Source of the DNA: an uncultured Gammaproteobacteria bacterium
GTDB taxonomy: Bacteria; Pseudomonadota; Gammaproteobacteria; DRLM01
Assembly: GCA_963729605.1 (NCBI GenBank)
Contig: CAVSNY010000007.1
Coordinates: 704,001 to 768,000 of the forward strand
Reading direction: 5' to 3'
Length of the DNA stretch: 64,000 nt
Shown piece after piece: positions 10,210 to 20,563 of this stretch. Under the pieces are notes generated by a model, which saw nothing but the letters and a program-made list of their open reading frames with translations, had not been told where the DNA came from and did no database searches. How positions within the stretch are numbered: position 1 is the first letter of the stretch; each line of letters begins with the position of its first letter. The translations under genes and the position numbers were made by a program.

Positions 10210-12438
10210 GTGAACACCAAGGCCAAGCCGCCGCTGTCCGATAGATTGCGCGACAATGTGTTGTCGCTGTCGGCGCTGGAGGCGGGTAATTATCTGCTGC
10301 CGTTGATCGCGTTGCCCTACCTGGTGCGCACGCTGGGTGCCGAGCACTTCGGCCTGATGGTGTTCGCCCAGGCCTTCATTCAGCTGTTCGTGGTCATCAC
10401 CGAATACGGCTTCAATAAAAGCGCTACCCGCGACATTGCCCGCAATCGCGAACGCAGCGAGGAGATCGCGGCGATTTTCGGCAGTGTCATGCTGGCGAAA
10501 GCGGGACTCGCCGTGGTGAGCCTGGTGTTCTTGGCGGCGCTGGTCGCCGCCGTACCGATGTTCCGCGCCGACTGGGAGCTCTACGCGCTGGGCTTTCTCG
10601 CGGTGGTGGGCAACGTGCTGTTCCCGGTCTGGTTGTTCCAGGGCATGGAACGGATGAAATACATCACCTGCCTGAATCTGGGCGCCCGTTTAATCGGCGT
10701 ACTGGCGCTGTTCCTTTTCGTGCATGCGCCGGACGACTATCGGTTGGCATTGGCCATTCAGGCGGGCGCGGGTGTATTGGGCGGCGTAGCGAGCCTCGTC
10801 GTGGCGATGAGGATGCTGGGAGTGCGTTGGAAAACGCCGAGCGTGCTACAAATTAAAACCCGCCTGGCGGCCGGCTGGCATTACTTTCTCTCCGTCGCCG
10901 CAGGCAGCCTCTATACCGATGGCGCCATTTTTATTCTGGGGTTGGTCGCCAATCCCACGATAGCCGGTTATTTCACCGCGGCATACAAGCTGGTTTATGC
11001 CGCGGTGCGTCTGCCGAGGCCCCTCATTCAGGCTTTTTATCCCCGTGTAAACCTCATTGCCGCCACCTCGCAGGAAGACGCCTTGCGCTTTATACGACGT
11101 GTGATCAGATGGCTGATGCCCGCCTCGCTCGCGCTGTCCTTGAGTATTTATCTGCTCGCCGAACCGGTCATCGCCGTGCTCTACGGCGCGGCGTTCGCGC
11201 CCGCGGCGGAGGTGATGCGCTGGATGGCGCCGCTGCCCTTCCTCATTACCTTCAGCAATATGCTTGGCGTCCAAATCATGCTCAGTTTCGGGTGGGAGCG
11301 CCAATACAGCCGCATTGTGCTGAGCTGCGGAATTCTTAGTGTACTGGCGATGTTTCCGCTGGGATATGCCTGGGGCGCCATCGGCGCCGCGCTGGGCTTG
11401 GTCATTACCGAAGTGGCGATTTTGCTGGCGATCATTTCTTACTTGAAGGCCAGCGGAATTTCTTTCTTGTACGTGAAAAAACCGCGTCCATCTCGGCGTG
11501 AGGAGGTAAACGTGACCGGTGCGTTAATCCAGAGCAAGGATACCAAAATGAAAAAACCGGATTTCTTTATTATCGGCGCCCCCAAGTGCGGGACCACCGC
11601 GCTCAGCGAATACTTGCGCATGCATCCACGGGTATTCTTCTCCGACCCCAAGGAACCCAGCTATTTCAATCACGATTTCGCCAGACGCGATACGCCCACG
11701 CTGACGCGTTATCTCAACTATTTCAGGTCGGCTGACGAGAGGTATCTGGCGGTGGGGGAAGGCAGTACGTCGTATCTGTTCTCGCAGGCCGCGGTGCCGG
11801 AAATTCTCCATTTCAATCCCGACGCGCGTTTTATCGTAATGTTGAGAAATCCCATCGAGATGGTGCCGGCGCTACACGCGCAAGTGCTTTTGAACGGCGA
11901 TGAGGATCAACGGGATTTCGCCCGGGCTTGGCGACTGCAGGAACAACGCAAAGCCAATGAATGCATTCCGGCCTTATGCCGTGATCCCAAGCACCTGTGG
12001 TATGGAGATTACGGCTTGCTCGGTCGGCAATTGGAACGTCTTCTGAGCCTGGTCGATCGGCAGCGGGTAAAAATTATTTTGTTTGAAGACTTCACCCGCG
12101 ACCCCGCCGCCGTGTACAACGAGGTGCTGGAGTTTCTCGGCTTGCCCGCCCATCCCGGGCAGGACTTCCAGCCCGTCAACCGTCACCGCGCCGTCCGTTC
12201 GCCGCGACTGCATCTTATGATGCGCCGGCTGAGTCGAATCAAACAACGCCTCATAGGCCGGTATTCGTTGGGGGTCACGCGGCTTTATAACAAGGTCAAC
12301 ACCGTCGAACGTCCGCGCGAGGCGCTCAGTGCCGAACTCGCCGCCGAGCTGCGCGCGTATTTCCGGGAGGATGTGTTGAAACTTTCCGGCCTGTTGGGCC
12401 GCGATCTCACCCACTGGCTTGGGCCGCGGTCGTCATGA
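10210..12438 (+). CDS. Wzx flippase read in frame with a PAPS-dependent sulfotransferase (from about 11512/11548)
   Basis: N-terminal PST-family flippase (PYLVRTLG, WLFQGMERM); C-terminal FIIGAPKCGTT and KEPSYF motifs. Confidence 0.8.
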   Translation: MNTKAKPPLSDRLRDNVLSLSALEAGNYLLPLIALPYLVRTLGAEHFGLMVFAQAFIQLFVVITEYGFNKSATRDIARNRERSEEIAAIFGSVMLAKAGLAVVSLVFLAALVAAVPMFRADWELYALGFLAVVGNVLFPVWLFQGMERMKYITCLNLGARLIGVLALFLFVHAPDDYRLALAIQAGAGVLGGVASLVVAMRMLGVRWKTPSVLQIKTRLAAGWHYFLSVAAGSLYTDGAIFILGLVANPTIAGYFTAAYKLVYAAVRLPRPLIQAFYPRVNLIAATSQEDALRFIRRVIRWLMPASLALSLSIYLLAEPVIAVLYGAAFAPAAEVMRWMAPLPFLITFSNMLGVQIMLSFGWERQYSRIVLSCGILSVLAMFPLGYAWGAIGAALGLVITEVAILLAIISYLKASGISFLYVKKPRPSRREEVNVTGALIQSKDTKMKKPDFFIIGAPKCGTTALSEYLRMHPRVFFSDPKEPSYFNHDFARRDTPTLTRYLNYFRSADERYLAVGEGSTSYLFSQAAVPEILHFNPDARFIVMLRNPIEMVPALHAQVLLNGDEDQRDFARAWRLQEQRKANECIPALCRDPKHLWYGDYGLLGRQLERLLSLVDRQRVKIILFEDFTRDPAAVYNEVLEFLGLPAHPGQDFQPVNRHRAVRSPRLHLMMRRLSRIKQRLIGRYSLGVTRLYNKVNTVERPREALSAELAAELRAYFREDVLKLSGLLGRDLTHWLGPRSS

Positions 12439-13661
12439 ACGCGCTTGCCCACGCCATTTATTCCCACGCGGACGATGCCGCGACGCAGGCGCTCGCCGGC
12501 AAACGCATTCTGCTGGTGGGCGCTTATGCCGGCGATCGCGGTCACAGCATGAATTTATTCGCCCGCTTGCTCAAACGCGAGTTGATGGCCAAAGGCGTCG
12601 CGGTGACGTTGTTGGAGCCGCCGGATCCCTTGGGCCGCTGGGTGAAACGAAGCCGTGGGCTCCGCAAGTGGGTAGGCTATCTCGACAAATTCGCCATTTT
12701 TCCTGTCCTGCTGCGCCGCGCCGCGCGTCACTATGACGTGGTGCATATTTGCGATCATTCGAATGCCATGTATCGCGCCTGGCTGCAAGACGTACCCGAC
12801 ATCATCACGTGCCATGACCTCATCGGCGTGCACGGCGGCCAAGGCTTATATCAAGAGCATCGCGTGCGCTTTACTGGCCGCCTGCTCCAGCGCTGGGTGG
12901 CCAGGCATTTGGGCCGCGCCGAGCATGTCGCGTGCGTCTCGGAATTTACTCGCGGCGCTTTATCCAACACGTTTCCGCAATTGGAACCGCGCGCCAGCGT
13001 GGTTCCCAACGGCCTCAATTATGCCTATTCGCCCATGCCGGCCGCTCAAGCCGATACTGTACTTTCCGCGCTGGGACTGGCGCCCGGCGATACTTACGTC
13101 ATGCATGTCGGCCACGGTTCCTGGCGCAAAAATCGGCTGGGCGTGCTGAAGATATTCAGCCGTTATCTCGCCTTGCAGCCTTCCTCGGTCCGGCTGGTGA
13201 TGGTCGGCGATCCCCTCGATGAGCCGATGCGCGCGTATCTCGCGACCCAGGACTGGGGACGGCGGGTCGTGCAGCTGAGCGATCTGGCGCCGGAGGCCAT
13301 GCGGGCCTTGTATTCGCGCGCGCAATTCCTGCTGTTTCCGTCGCTGCACGAGGGTTTCGGCTGGCCGATCATCGAAGCGCAATCTTGCGGCTGTGTCGTG
13401 GTCACCTCGAATCGCGCGCCTATGAACGAAGTGGGCGGCGAAGGCGCGATTTACATCGATCCCGAACGCCATGTCGACGCCGCCGCGGTGATCATTCGAG
13501 AGTTGCGGCACGCCGACCGCTGGCGGGCGGCGGCGCTGAGCAATGCCCAGCGTTATTCCGCGGCGTGCATGGCCGCCGGTTATGCGCGGGCCTATGCCGC
13601 CTTGCTGGCGCAGCGCGAGGAAACAGGACGGATATCACTCTCTTTTTCGCCGCCGTCGTAA
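12435..13661 (+). CDS. Glycosyltransferase family 4
   Basis: TCHDL, VPNG, FPSLHEGFGWPIIEAQSCG. Confidence 0.88.
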   Translation: MNALAHAIYSHADDAATQALAGKRILLVGAYAGDRGHSMNLFARLLKRELMAKGVAVTLLEPPDPLGRWVKRSRGLRKWVGYLDKFAIFPVLLRRAARHYDVVHICDHSNAMYRAWLQDVPDIITCHDLIGVHGGQGLYQEHRVRFTGRLLQRWVARHLGRAEHVACVSEFTRGALSNTFPQLEPRASVVPNGLNYAYSPMPAAQADTVLSALGLAPGDTYVMHVGHGSWRKNRLGVLKIFSRYLALQPSSVRLVMVGDPLDEPMRAYLATQDWGRRVVQLSDLAPEAMRALYSRAQFLLFPSLHEGFGWPIIEAQSCGCVVVTSNRAPMNEVGGEGAIYIDPERHVDAAAVIIRELRHADRWRAAALSNAQRYSAACMAAGYARAYAALLAQREETGRISLSFSPPS

Positions 13662-13707
13662 TAGAAAACTGACGGCCAACCCTAGCACAGCTGAGAGGAT
13701 CGCAATC

Positions 13708-14601
13708 ATGATCAAAACGCCACCCATCCCGGAAGAAAATGTTCTGAAGGATATGGAGTTGTCTTTTTACCGACTGCTCACCACCCGTTTGCCCAAGCTG
13801 CGCGGTTCGGGCCGCCTGTCGATGTTGTTCAGATGGTTTTATTGCCGCGTGCCGCGCGATCCGCTGGTTGCCGACGTGCACGGCTTGACCATGCGCCTCG
13901 ACCCCGGTGAACGGGTGGACAGTTCATTGCTCTTTTGGCCGCAGCTTTACGATTGGCGGGAAATCGAATTTCTAAAATCCGCGGTGGAACCCGGCGGGGT
14001 ATTTTTGGATGTGGGCGCGAATATCGGTTATTACACGCTGATGATGAGCCGGCATGTCGGCGAGACGGGACGCGTCGTCGCTATCGAAGCGGATCCCGAC
14101 ACCTTCAAGCGCCTCAAGGAAAATATCGCGCTCAACGGACGCGGCAATGTGACCGCCCTGCAAGTCGGGGTCGCCGATAAAGCCGGCGGGTTCAGCTTCT
14201 TTCGCAATACGGTGGGCAACCGCGGCGGACATTCCTTTGTGCCGCAGGAGTCGGAGGCGCAAACCGCCACCGCCATTACGATCGATTGCCATCCTTTGTT
14301 GGATCTGTTGATCGAGGCGGGGGTGCAGCGGGTGGATGCGGCGAAATTCGATATCGAAGGAATGGAGTACCGGGTGCTGAGTGCATTTTTATCTCAGGCG
14401 CCCGTCCATCTGCATCCCAGGTCCATGGTGATAGAGGATCATCCCGATTGGCATGCGCGGATGGGGGGCGATGCGGTGGCTTTATTACAAACGTACGGCT
14501 ACGAAGTTATCTCACGCCATGGATTGAACGTCTTGCTGAAAAAAAGCGGCGACCCTCTTCCGCGTCATGACGACAGGCAGTCTTCCAAAGCAAATAATTA
14601 A
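13708..14601 (+). CDS. FkbM-family methyltransferase
   Basis: FLDVGANIGYY, IEADP, KFDIEGMEY. Confidence 0.85.
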   Translation: MIKTPPIPEENVLKDMELSFYRLLTTRLPKLRGSGRLSMLFRWFYCRVPRDPLVADVHGLTMRLDPGERVDSSLLFWPQLYDWREIEFLKSAVEPGGVFLDVGANIGYYTLMMSRHVGETGRVVAIEADPDTFKRLKENIALNGRGNVTALQVGVADKAGGFSFFRNTVGNRGGHSFVPQESEAQTATAITIDCHPLLDLLIEAGVQRVDAAKFDIEGMEYRVLSAFLSQAPVHLHPRSMVIEDHPDWHARMGGDAVALLQTYGYEVISRHGLNVLLKKSGDPLPRHDDRQSSKANN

Positions 14602-14614
14602 GGAGTTGTAGTTC

Positions 14615-15736
14615 ATGAAAGCCGTTATCCTTGCCGCCGGTAAAGGTACCCGTGTCCGGCCGCTCACCGCCGACCTGCCCAAACCCATGATCCCGATTTT
14701 GGGTAAACCCGTGCTGGAATATTTGATCGAACACCTGGCCCGCTACGGTATTCGTGAAATCATGATCAATGTGAGTTGGCAGCACGAGAAGATAGAAGAT
14801 TATTTCGGCGACGGCCGGCGTTTCGGCGTGCAGATCGGCTATTCCTTCGAAGGCGCCATGGAAAACGGCGTGGTGGTGCCGCGGCCGCTGGGGTCGGCCG
14901 GCGGACTGCGTAAAATCCAGGACTTCGGCGGCTTCTTCGACGAGACCACGCTGGTGATATGCGGCGACGCCTTGATCGATTTGGATTTAAAGGCGGCCTT
15001 GTTCGAACATCGCCGCACCGGCGCCCTGGCGTCGCTGGTCACCAAGGAAGTGCCTTGGAACCAGGTTGCCAACTATGGCGTGGTGGTCACGCGGCCGGAT
15101 GGTCGCATTGTTTCTTTTCAGGAGAAGCCCGCCATGGAAGAGGCGCGCTCCAATCTGGTCAGTACCGGGATTTACCTGTTTGAACCCGAAGCCATCGAGC
15201 TCATCCCGCCCGCCTGTGTATTCGATCTGGGTTCGGCGTTTTTCCCGCTGCTGGTTCAGCGTAAGGTGCCTTTTTTCGCGCAGAAACGCTTCTTCAATTG
15301 GATGGACATCGGCCGCATTACCGATTATTGGGCGGTTCAACAGCGGGTACTGGCCGGCGAAGTGGCGCAAATGGACATGCCCGGCCGCGAGCTGCGCGAC
15401 GGCCTATGGGTGGGTTTGAATACCCGGATATCGCCCCGCACCGAGATTTACGGGCCGGTCTATATCGGCAGCAACACCGAGATTCGGGCCGGCGCGAAAA
15501 TCATGGGGCCCACCTGGATAGGTCACGGCAGCTTGATCGAAGAAGGAGCGATCGTGGACCGCTCGATCTTATTCGAATATACCCGCGTGGGCGCCCATGC
15601 GCGCATCCGCGATATGGTGTTGTATAGGGACTACTGCATCAACCGCGACGGCGAGATCTGGAAGATAGGCGAACTCGCGGGTGACCATATCACATGGGGC
15701 GACGCCCGGGCGTTGCATGCCGATGATGCCGCTTGA
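14615..15736 (+). CDS. Sugar-phosphate nucleotidyltransferase with LbH domain (CugP-like)
   Basis: ILAAGKGTRVRPLT, PKPMIPILGKP, SFEG..GSAGG, FQEKP. Confidence 0.85.
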   Translation: MKAVILAAGKGTRVRPLTADLPKPMIPILGKPVLEYLIEHLARYGIREIMINVSWQHEKIEDYFGDGRRFGVQIGYSFEGAMENGVVVPRPLGSAGGLRKIQDFGGFFDETTLVICGDALIDLDLKAALFEHRRTGALASLVTKEVPWNQVANYGVVVTRPDGRIVSFQEKPAMEEARSNLVSTGIYLFEPEAIELIPPACVFDLGSAFFPLLVQRKVPFFAQKRFFNWMDIGRITDYWAVQQRVLAGEVAQMDMPGRELRDGLWVGLNTRISPRTEIYGPVYIGSNTEIRAGAKIMGPTWIGHGSLIEEGAIVDRSILFEYTRVGAHARIRDMVLYRDYCINRDGEIWKIGELAGDHITWGDARALHADDAA

Positions 15737-15834
15737 CGGAAGAGTGCCACATTGAACGCCCGCTGCCCGTCTTAGGCGTCAAGGTGTCGCTGGCCGATCT
15801 TAGAAAAAATGTGATTGATTGACGTTAATAATCG

Positions 15835-15911
15835 TGGTCGGGGTGAGAGGATTTGAACCTCCGGCCCCTGCCTCCCGAAGGCAGTGCTCTACCAGTCTGA
15901 GCTACACCCCG
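15835..15911 (-). tRNA. tRNA-Pro(CGG)
   Basis: 77-nt cloverleaf, anticodon loop TTCGGGA, GGTTCAAATCC, encoded CCA. Confidence 0.97.
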
Positions 15912-15912
15912 A

Positions 15913-16881
15913 TTAGTGATTGCGTTTGATGGCGAATTCGGCGAGCGCATACATGGCGTCTCGATGAGCTGACGCGGGAACCCCATGTAAAGCGGCGAGT
16001 GCTTTTTCCGCCTCCTGCTGCGCCGAGCGCGCAGTGTACGCGATGGCGCCGGTGGATTCAATGGCTTCCGTGACCTGGCGGATCGCGTCGCGGCCGCCGT
16101 GTTCGATGGCGTGACGAATCAGCGCCGCCTGTTCCGCGTTGCCATGCCGCATGGCGTGGATCAGCGGCAAAGTCGGCTTGCCTTCCGCCAAATCATCGCC
16201 GATGTTTTTACCGATTTCCTCGGGCGCGGCGCTGTAGTCCAGCACGTCGTCGATGAGTTGGAAGGCGGTGCCGAGGTGCATGCCGTAGCGGCGCATCGCC
16301 TCGCGTTCCGCCTCGCCCCGGCCGCTCAGCACCGCGCCCAATTCGGCGGCGGCCTCGAACAGCTTGGCGGTTTTGGAGCGGATCACCTCGAGATAACGTT
16401 GTTCGGTGGTATCCGGGTCGTGGCAATTCAGCAGTTGCAGTACCTCGCCCTCGGCGATGGTGTTGGTGGCGTGGGCGAGGATTTCCATCATTTCCATGTT
16501 GCCCACTTCCACCATCATCTGGAAAGAGCGCGAGTAGAGGAAGTCGCCCACCAGCACGCTGGCCTCGTTGCCCCAAATGGAATTGGCGGTGTCCTGGCCG
16601 CGGCGCATCTCCGAGGCGTCCACCACGTCGTCGTGGAGCAGGGTGGCGGTGTGGATGAACTCGACGACGGTTGAAATAGGGATATGATGCGGTCCGTCAT
16701 AGCCGTAGGCCCGGGCGCTCAAGAGCACCAGGGTCGGCCGCAAACGTTTGCCGCCGCTATTGATGATGTACTGTCCCATCTGATTGATGAGCGCCACCTC
16801 GGAGCTGAGCCGCGCCGCGATCAGCCGGTTGACGGCGCTCATGTCCTCGGCCACCAAGGCGTAAACTGCTTGAATATCCAT
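15913..16881 (-). CDS. ispB: Octaprenyl diphosphate synthase
   Basis: GGKRLRP, LLHDDVVD, FQLIDDVLD, EGKPTLP. Confidence 0.95.
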   Translation of the reverse strand: MDIQAVYALVAEDMSAVNRLIAARLSSEVALINQMGQYIINSGGKRLRPTLVLLSARAYGYDGPHHIPISTVVEFIHTATLLHDDVVDASEMRRGQDTANSIWGNEASVLVGDFLYSRSFQMMVEVGNMEMMEILAHATNTIAEGEVLQLLNCHDPDTTEQRYLEVIRSKTAKLFEAAAELGAVLSGRGEAEREAMRRYGMHLGTAFQLIDDVLDYSAAPEEIGKNIGDDLAEGKPTLPLIHAMRHGNAEQAALIRHAIEHGGRDAIRQVTEAIESTGAIAYTARSAQQEAEKALAALHGVPASAHRDAMYALAEFAIKRNH

Positions 16882-16967
16882 GGCAACTATTTCGTTCTCC
16901 CCCGCGGAACGGTGCATGCTAGCGGGGCGCGGCCGGCTTTGCAATTGGTGCGGCTGAGTCCCGGTAT

Positions 16968-16996
16968 TTGACGCTAGGGGGCGTTACGGATAAAAT
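16968..16996 (+). promoter_or_regulatory. Sigma70 promoter of rplU-rpmA
   Basis: TTGACG-17 bp-TAAAAT. Confidence 0.75.
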
Positions 16997-17069
16997 CCCC
17001 GCTCTTTAATTACCGAGTTGATCTGTTTTGCCGGGCCGATGCCGGGTAAAACTAACGGAGAACAGTCAC

Positions 17070-17384
17070 ATGTACGCAGTTATCGTCACGGGCGGCAAAC
17101 AATACCGCGTGTCGGAGGGCGAAACCCTCAAGGTCGAGCTGATCGACGCCGAACAGGGCAGCACCGTGGAATTGGATCGCGTGCTGATGGTGGGCGAGGG
17201 CGAGAGCGTCAAGATCGGCGCCCCCTACGTGGCCGGCGGCAAGGTCACCGCGACCGTCAAATCCCACGGCCGGGGCGAGAAGATCAAGATCGTCAAGTTC
17301 CGCCGCCGCAAGCACCACCAGAAGGTCACGGGACATCGGCAGCACTACACCGAATTGCAGATCACCGGCATTTCCGCGGATTAA
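17070..17384 (+). CDS. rplU: 50S ribosomal protein L21
   Basis: [21 protein letters not shown]. Confidence 0.97.
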   Translation: MYAVIVTGGKQYRVSEGETLKVELIDAEQGSTVELDRVLMVGEGESVKIGAPYVAGGKVTATVKSHGRGEKIKIVKFRRRKHHQKVTGHRQHYTELQITGISAD

Positions 17385-17404
17385 TTTGAGCAGAGGTCAG
17401 TACC

Positions 17405-17662
17405 ATGGCACATAAGAAAGCAGGCGGCAGTAGCCGCAACGGCCGCGATTCCCATTCCAAACGCTTGGGCGTCAAGTGCTTCGGCGACCAGCAGGTCGTG
17501 GCGGGCAATATCATCATCCGTCAGCGCGGCACGCGCTACCACGCCGGGGTGAATGTCGGCATCGGCCGCGACCACACCCTGTTCGCTTTGACCGAAGGTA
17601 AAGTGAAGTTCGAGACCAAGGGCGCGGACAACCGTACTTTCGTCAGCGTCGTGTCGGCTTAA
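17405..17662 (+). CDS. rpmA: 50S ribosomal protein L27
   Basis: [16 protein letters not shown]. Confidence 0.98.
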   Translation: MAHKKAGGSSRNGRDSHSKRLGVKCFGDQQVVAGNIIIRQRGTRYHAGVNVGIGRDHTLFALTEGKVKFETKGADNRTFVSVVSA

Positions 17663-17685
17663 TCCCGGTCTCAAACGCGCTCAGC

Positions 17686-17720
17686 AAGCCCCGCCGTTAC
17701 CCCGGCGGGGCTTTTGTTTT
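17686..17720 (+). terminator. Rho-independent terminator after rpmA
   Basis: AAGCCCCGCCG/CGGCGGGGCTT stem followed by a T-rich tail. Confidence 0.8.
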
Positions 17721-17787
17721 ACTGAGGCGGTCAATGCCTCAATCCGAGTTTGCTTCGCGCTTGCTACCCATAACCTGCTGCTTGTAA

Positions 17788-18838
<1,051 letters not shown>

Positions 18839-18891
18839 TGTGATAATCGCGCGGTGATTTTCCGGTGACATGAGGTGGGCGGTTTAAGGCA

Positions 18892-20019
18892 ATGCAATCT
18901 CGGCAAGACATCTCCAAGGCGCGGCGCTGGGTGGTCAAAGTGGGCAGTTCCCTGCTCACCGCCAACGGCCGCGGACTCGATCATGAATTGATCGCCGCCT
19001 GGGCGGAACAAATCACCGCGCTGCGCCGACGCGGCGCCGAGGTGGTGCTGGTGTCTTCCGGCGCGGTGGCGGAAGGCATGCAGCGGCTGGGCTGGACCCG
19101 GCGTCCCCATGCGTTATTTGAATTGCAAGCGGCGGCGGCGGTGGGGCAGATGGGGCTGGTGCAGGCCTACGAGTCCTGCTTCAAGCAGCACGGCGTGCAC
19201 ACCGCGCAAATTCTTCTGACCCACGACGACCTCGCCAATCGCCAGCGTTACCTCAATGCCCGCAGCACCTTGCGCACCCTGCTCAAGTTGGGGGTGGTGC
19301 CGGTGGTCAATGAAAACGACACGGTGGCGGTGGACGAGATCCGCTTCGGCGACAACGACACCCTCGCCGCGCTGGTCGCCAATCTGGTGGAGGCGGAAGT
19401 GCTGGTGCTGCTCACCGACCAGGCCGGCATGTTCGACCGCGATCCGCGCGCCCATCTCGACGCCCAATTCATCCACGAGGCCCGCGCCGACGATCCCGGC
19501 TTGGAAGCGATGGCCGGCGCGGGCGGCGTGGGCAGTTTGGGGCGCGGCGGCATGCTCACCAAGGTGCGCGCCGCGGCGCGTGCGGCGCGCTCCGGGGCCG
19601 CCACCGTCATCGCCTATGGCCGCGAACCGCAGATATTGACCCGGCTCGCCGATGCCGAACAGGTCGGCACGCTGTTCATTCCCGCCCGCGAATTGCTGGT
19701 GGCGCGCAAGCGCTGGCTGGCGGGGCAGTTGCAGCCACGTGGCAAACTGGTGTTGGACGAGGGCGCGGTGCGGGTGCTGCGCGACGCGGGCCGCAGTCTG
19801 CTGCCGGTGGGCGTGCGGCAAGTGGAAGGCCAGTTTTCGCGCGGCGAGCTGGTGGTATGCGCCGCCCCCGACGGCCGCGAGATCGCCAAAGGACTGGTGA
19901 ATTACAGCGCCGAGGAGTCGCGCAAGATCATGGGCCAGGCCTCGGACCGCATCGAAACCTTATTGGGCTATGTGGACGAGCCGGAGCTGATCCATCGTGA
20001 CAATCTGGTGTTGATTTAG
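18892..20019 (+). CDS. proB: Glutamate 5-kinase
   Basis: VVKVGSS, NENDTV, FGDNDTL, PUA domain. Confidence 0.96.
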   Translation: MQSRQDISKARRWVVKVGSSLLTANGRGLDHELIAAWAEQITALRRRGAEVVLVSSGAVAEGMQRLGWTRRPHALFELQAAAAVGQMGLVQAYESCFKQHGVHTAQILLTHDDLANRQRYLNARSTLRTLLKLGVVPVVNENDTVAVDEIRFGDNDTLAALVANLVEAEVLVLLTDQAGMFDRDPRAHLDAQFIHEARADDPGLEAMAGAGGVGSLGRGGMLTKVRAAARAARSGAATVIAYGREPQILTRLADAEQVGTLFIPARELLVARKRWLAGQLQPRGKLVLDEGAVRVLRDAGRSLLPVGVRQVEGQFSRGELVVCAAPDGREIAKGLVNYSAEESRKIMGQASDRIETLLGYVDEPELIHRDNLVLI

Positions 20020-20055
20020 CGGCGACTATTTGCGGTGGGTGACGCGAGGTAACGC

Positions 20056-20085
20056 AAAAAGCCGGTCGATACGACCGGCTTTTTT
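20056..20085. terminator. Bidirectional terminator between proB and rpsT
   Basis: AAAAAGCCGGTCG-ATA-CGACCGGCTTTTTT. Confidence 0.88.
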
Positions 20086-20126
20086 ATGCGGCGCTTGCTC
20101 CGCCCCGGAGGGCGGAATCACTGATC

Positions 20127-20399
20127 TCAGGCGGTAGCCGAGAGCGCGCGCAGCCGTTGGTTCAAACGGCTCTTGTGGCGGGCGGCCTTATTTTTATGAA
20201 TAAGACCTTTGCGCGCCATGGCGTCGATCACCGGCACGGCCGCGGTCAGCGCCGCCTGGGATTGGGTCTGGTCGCCGGTCGCGAGGGTGTTCACCACCTT
20301 CTTGATGGCGCTGCGCACGGTGGAGCGTTGCCCCACGTTACGTTGACGGCTTTTTTCTGCCTGCCGGACCCGTTTTTTTGCTTGAGCTGTGTTGGCCAA
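20127..20399 (-). CDS. rpsT: 30S ribosomal protein S20
   Basis: TTG start after AGGAG; ANTAQAKKR, IHKNKAARHKSRL. Confidence 0.96.
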   Translation of the reverse strand: MANTAQAKKRVRQAEKSRQRNVGQRSTVRSAIKKVVNTLATGDQTQSQAALTAAVPVIDAMARKGLIHKNKAARHKSRLNQRLRALSATA

Positions 20400-20439
20400 G
20401 GAAAAGCTCCTGAATTCGCAGTAGTACGGAAAGCCGCGT

Positions 20440-20468
20440 ACTATGCGTATTCTCGCCCGGTTTGTCAA
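20440..20468 (-). promoter_or_regulatory. Sigma70 promoter of rpsT
   Basis: TTGACA-17 bp-CATAGT on the minus strand. Confidence 0.65.
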
Positions 20469-20563
20469 TGCTCGCGGCGCGCGGCGCGGCCTCGCCGCCG
20501 ACGCGCCGACAGGGTAAACTGCGGCCGTTTTGTCATAAAAAGCAACCAGGAATCCCCGCCATC

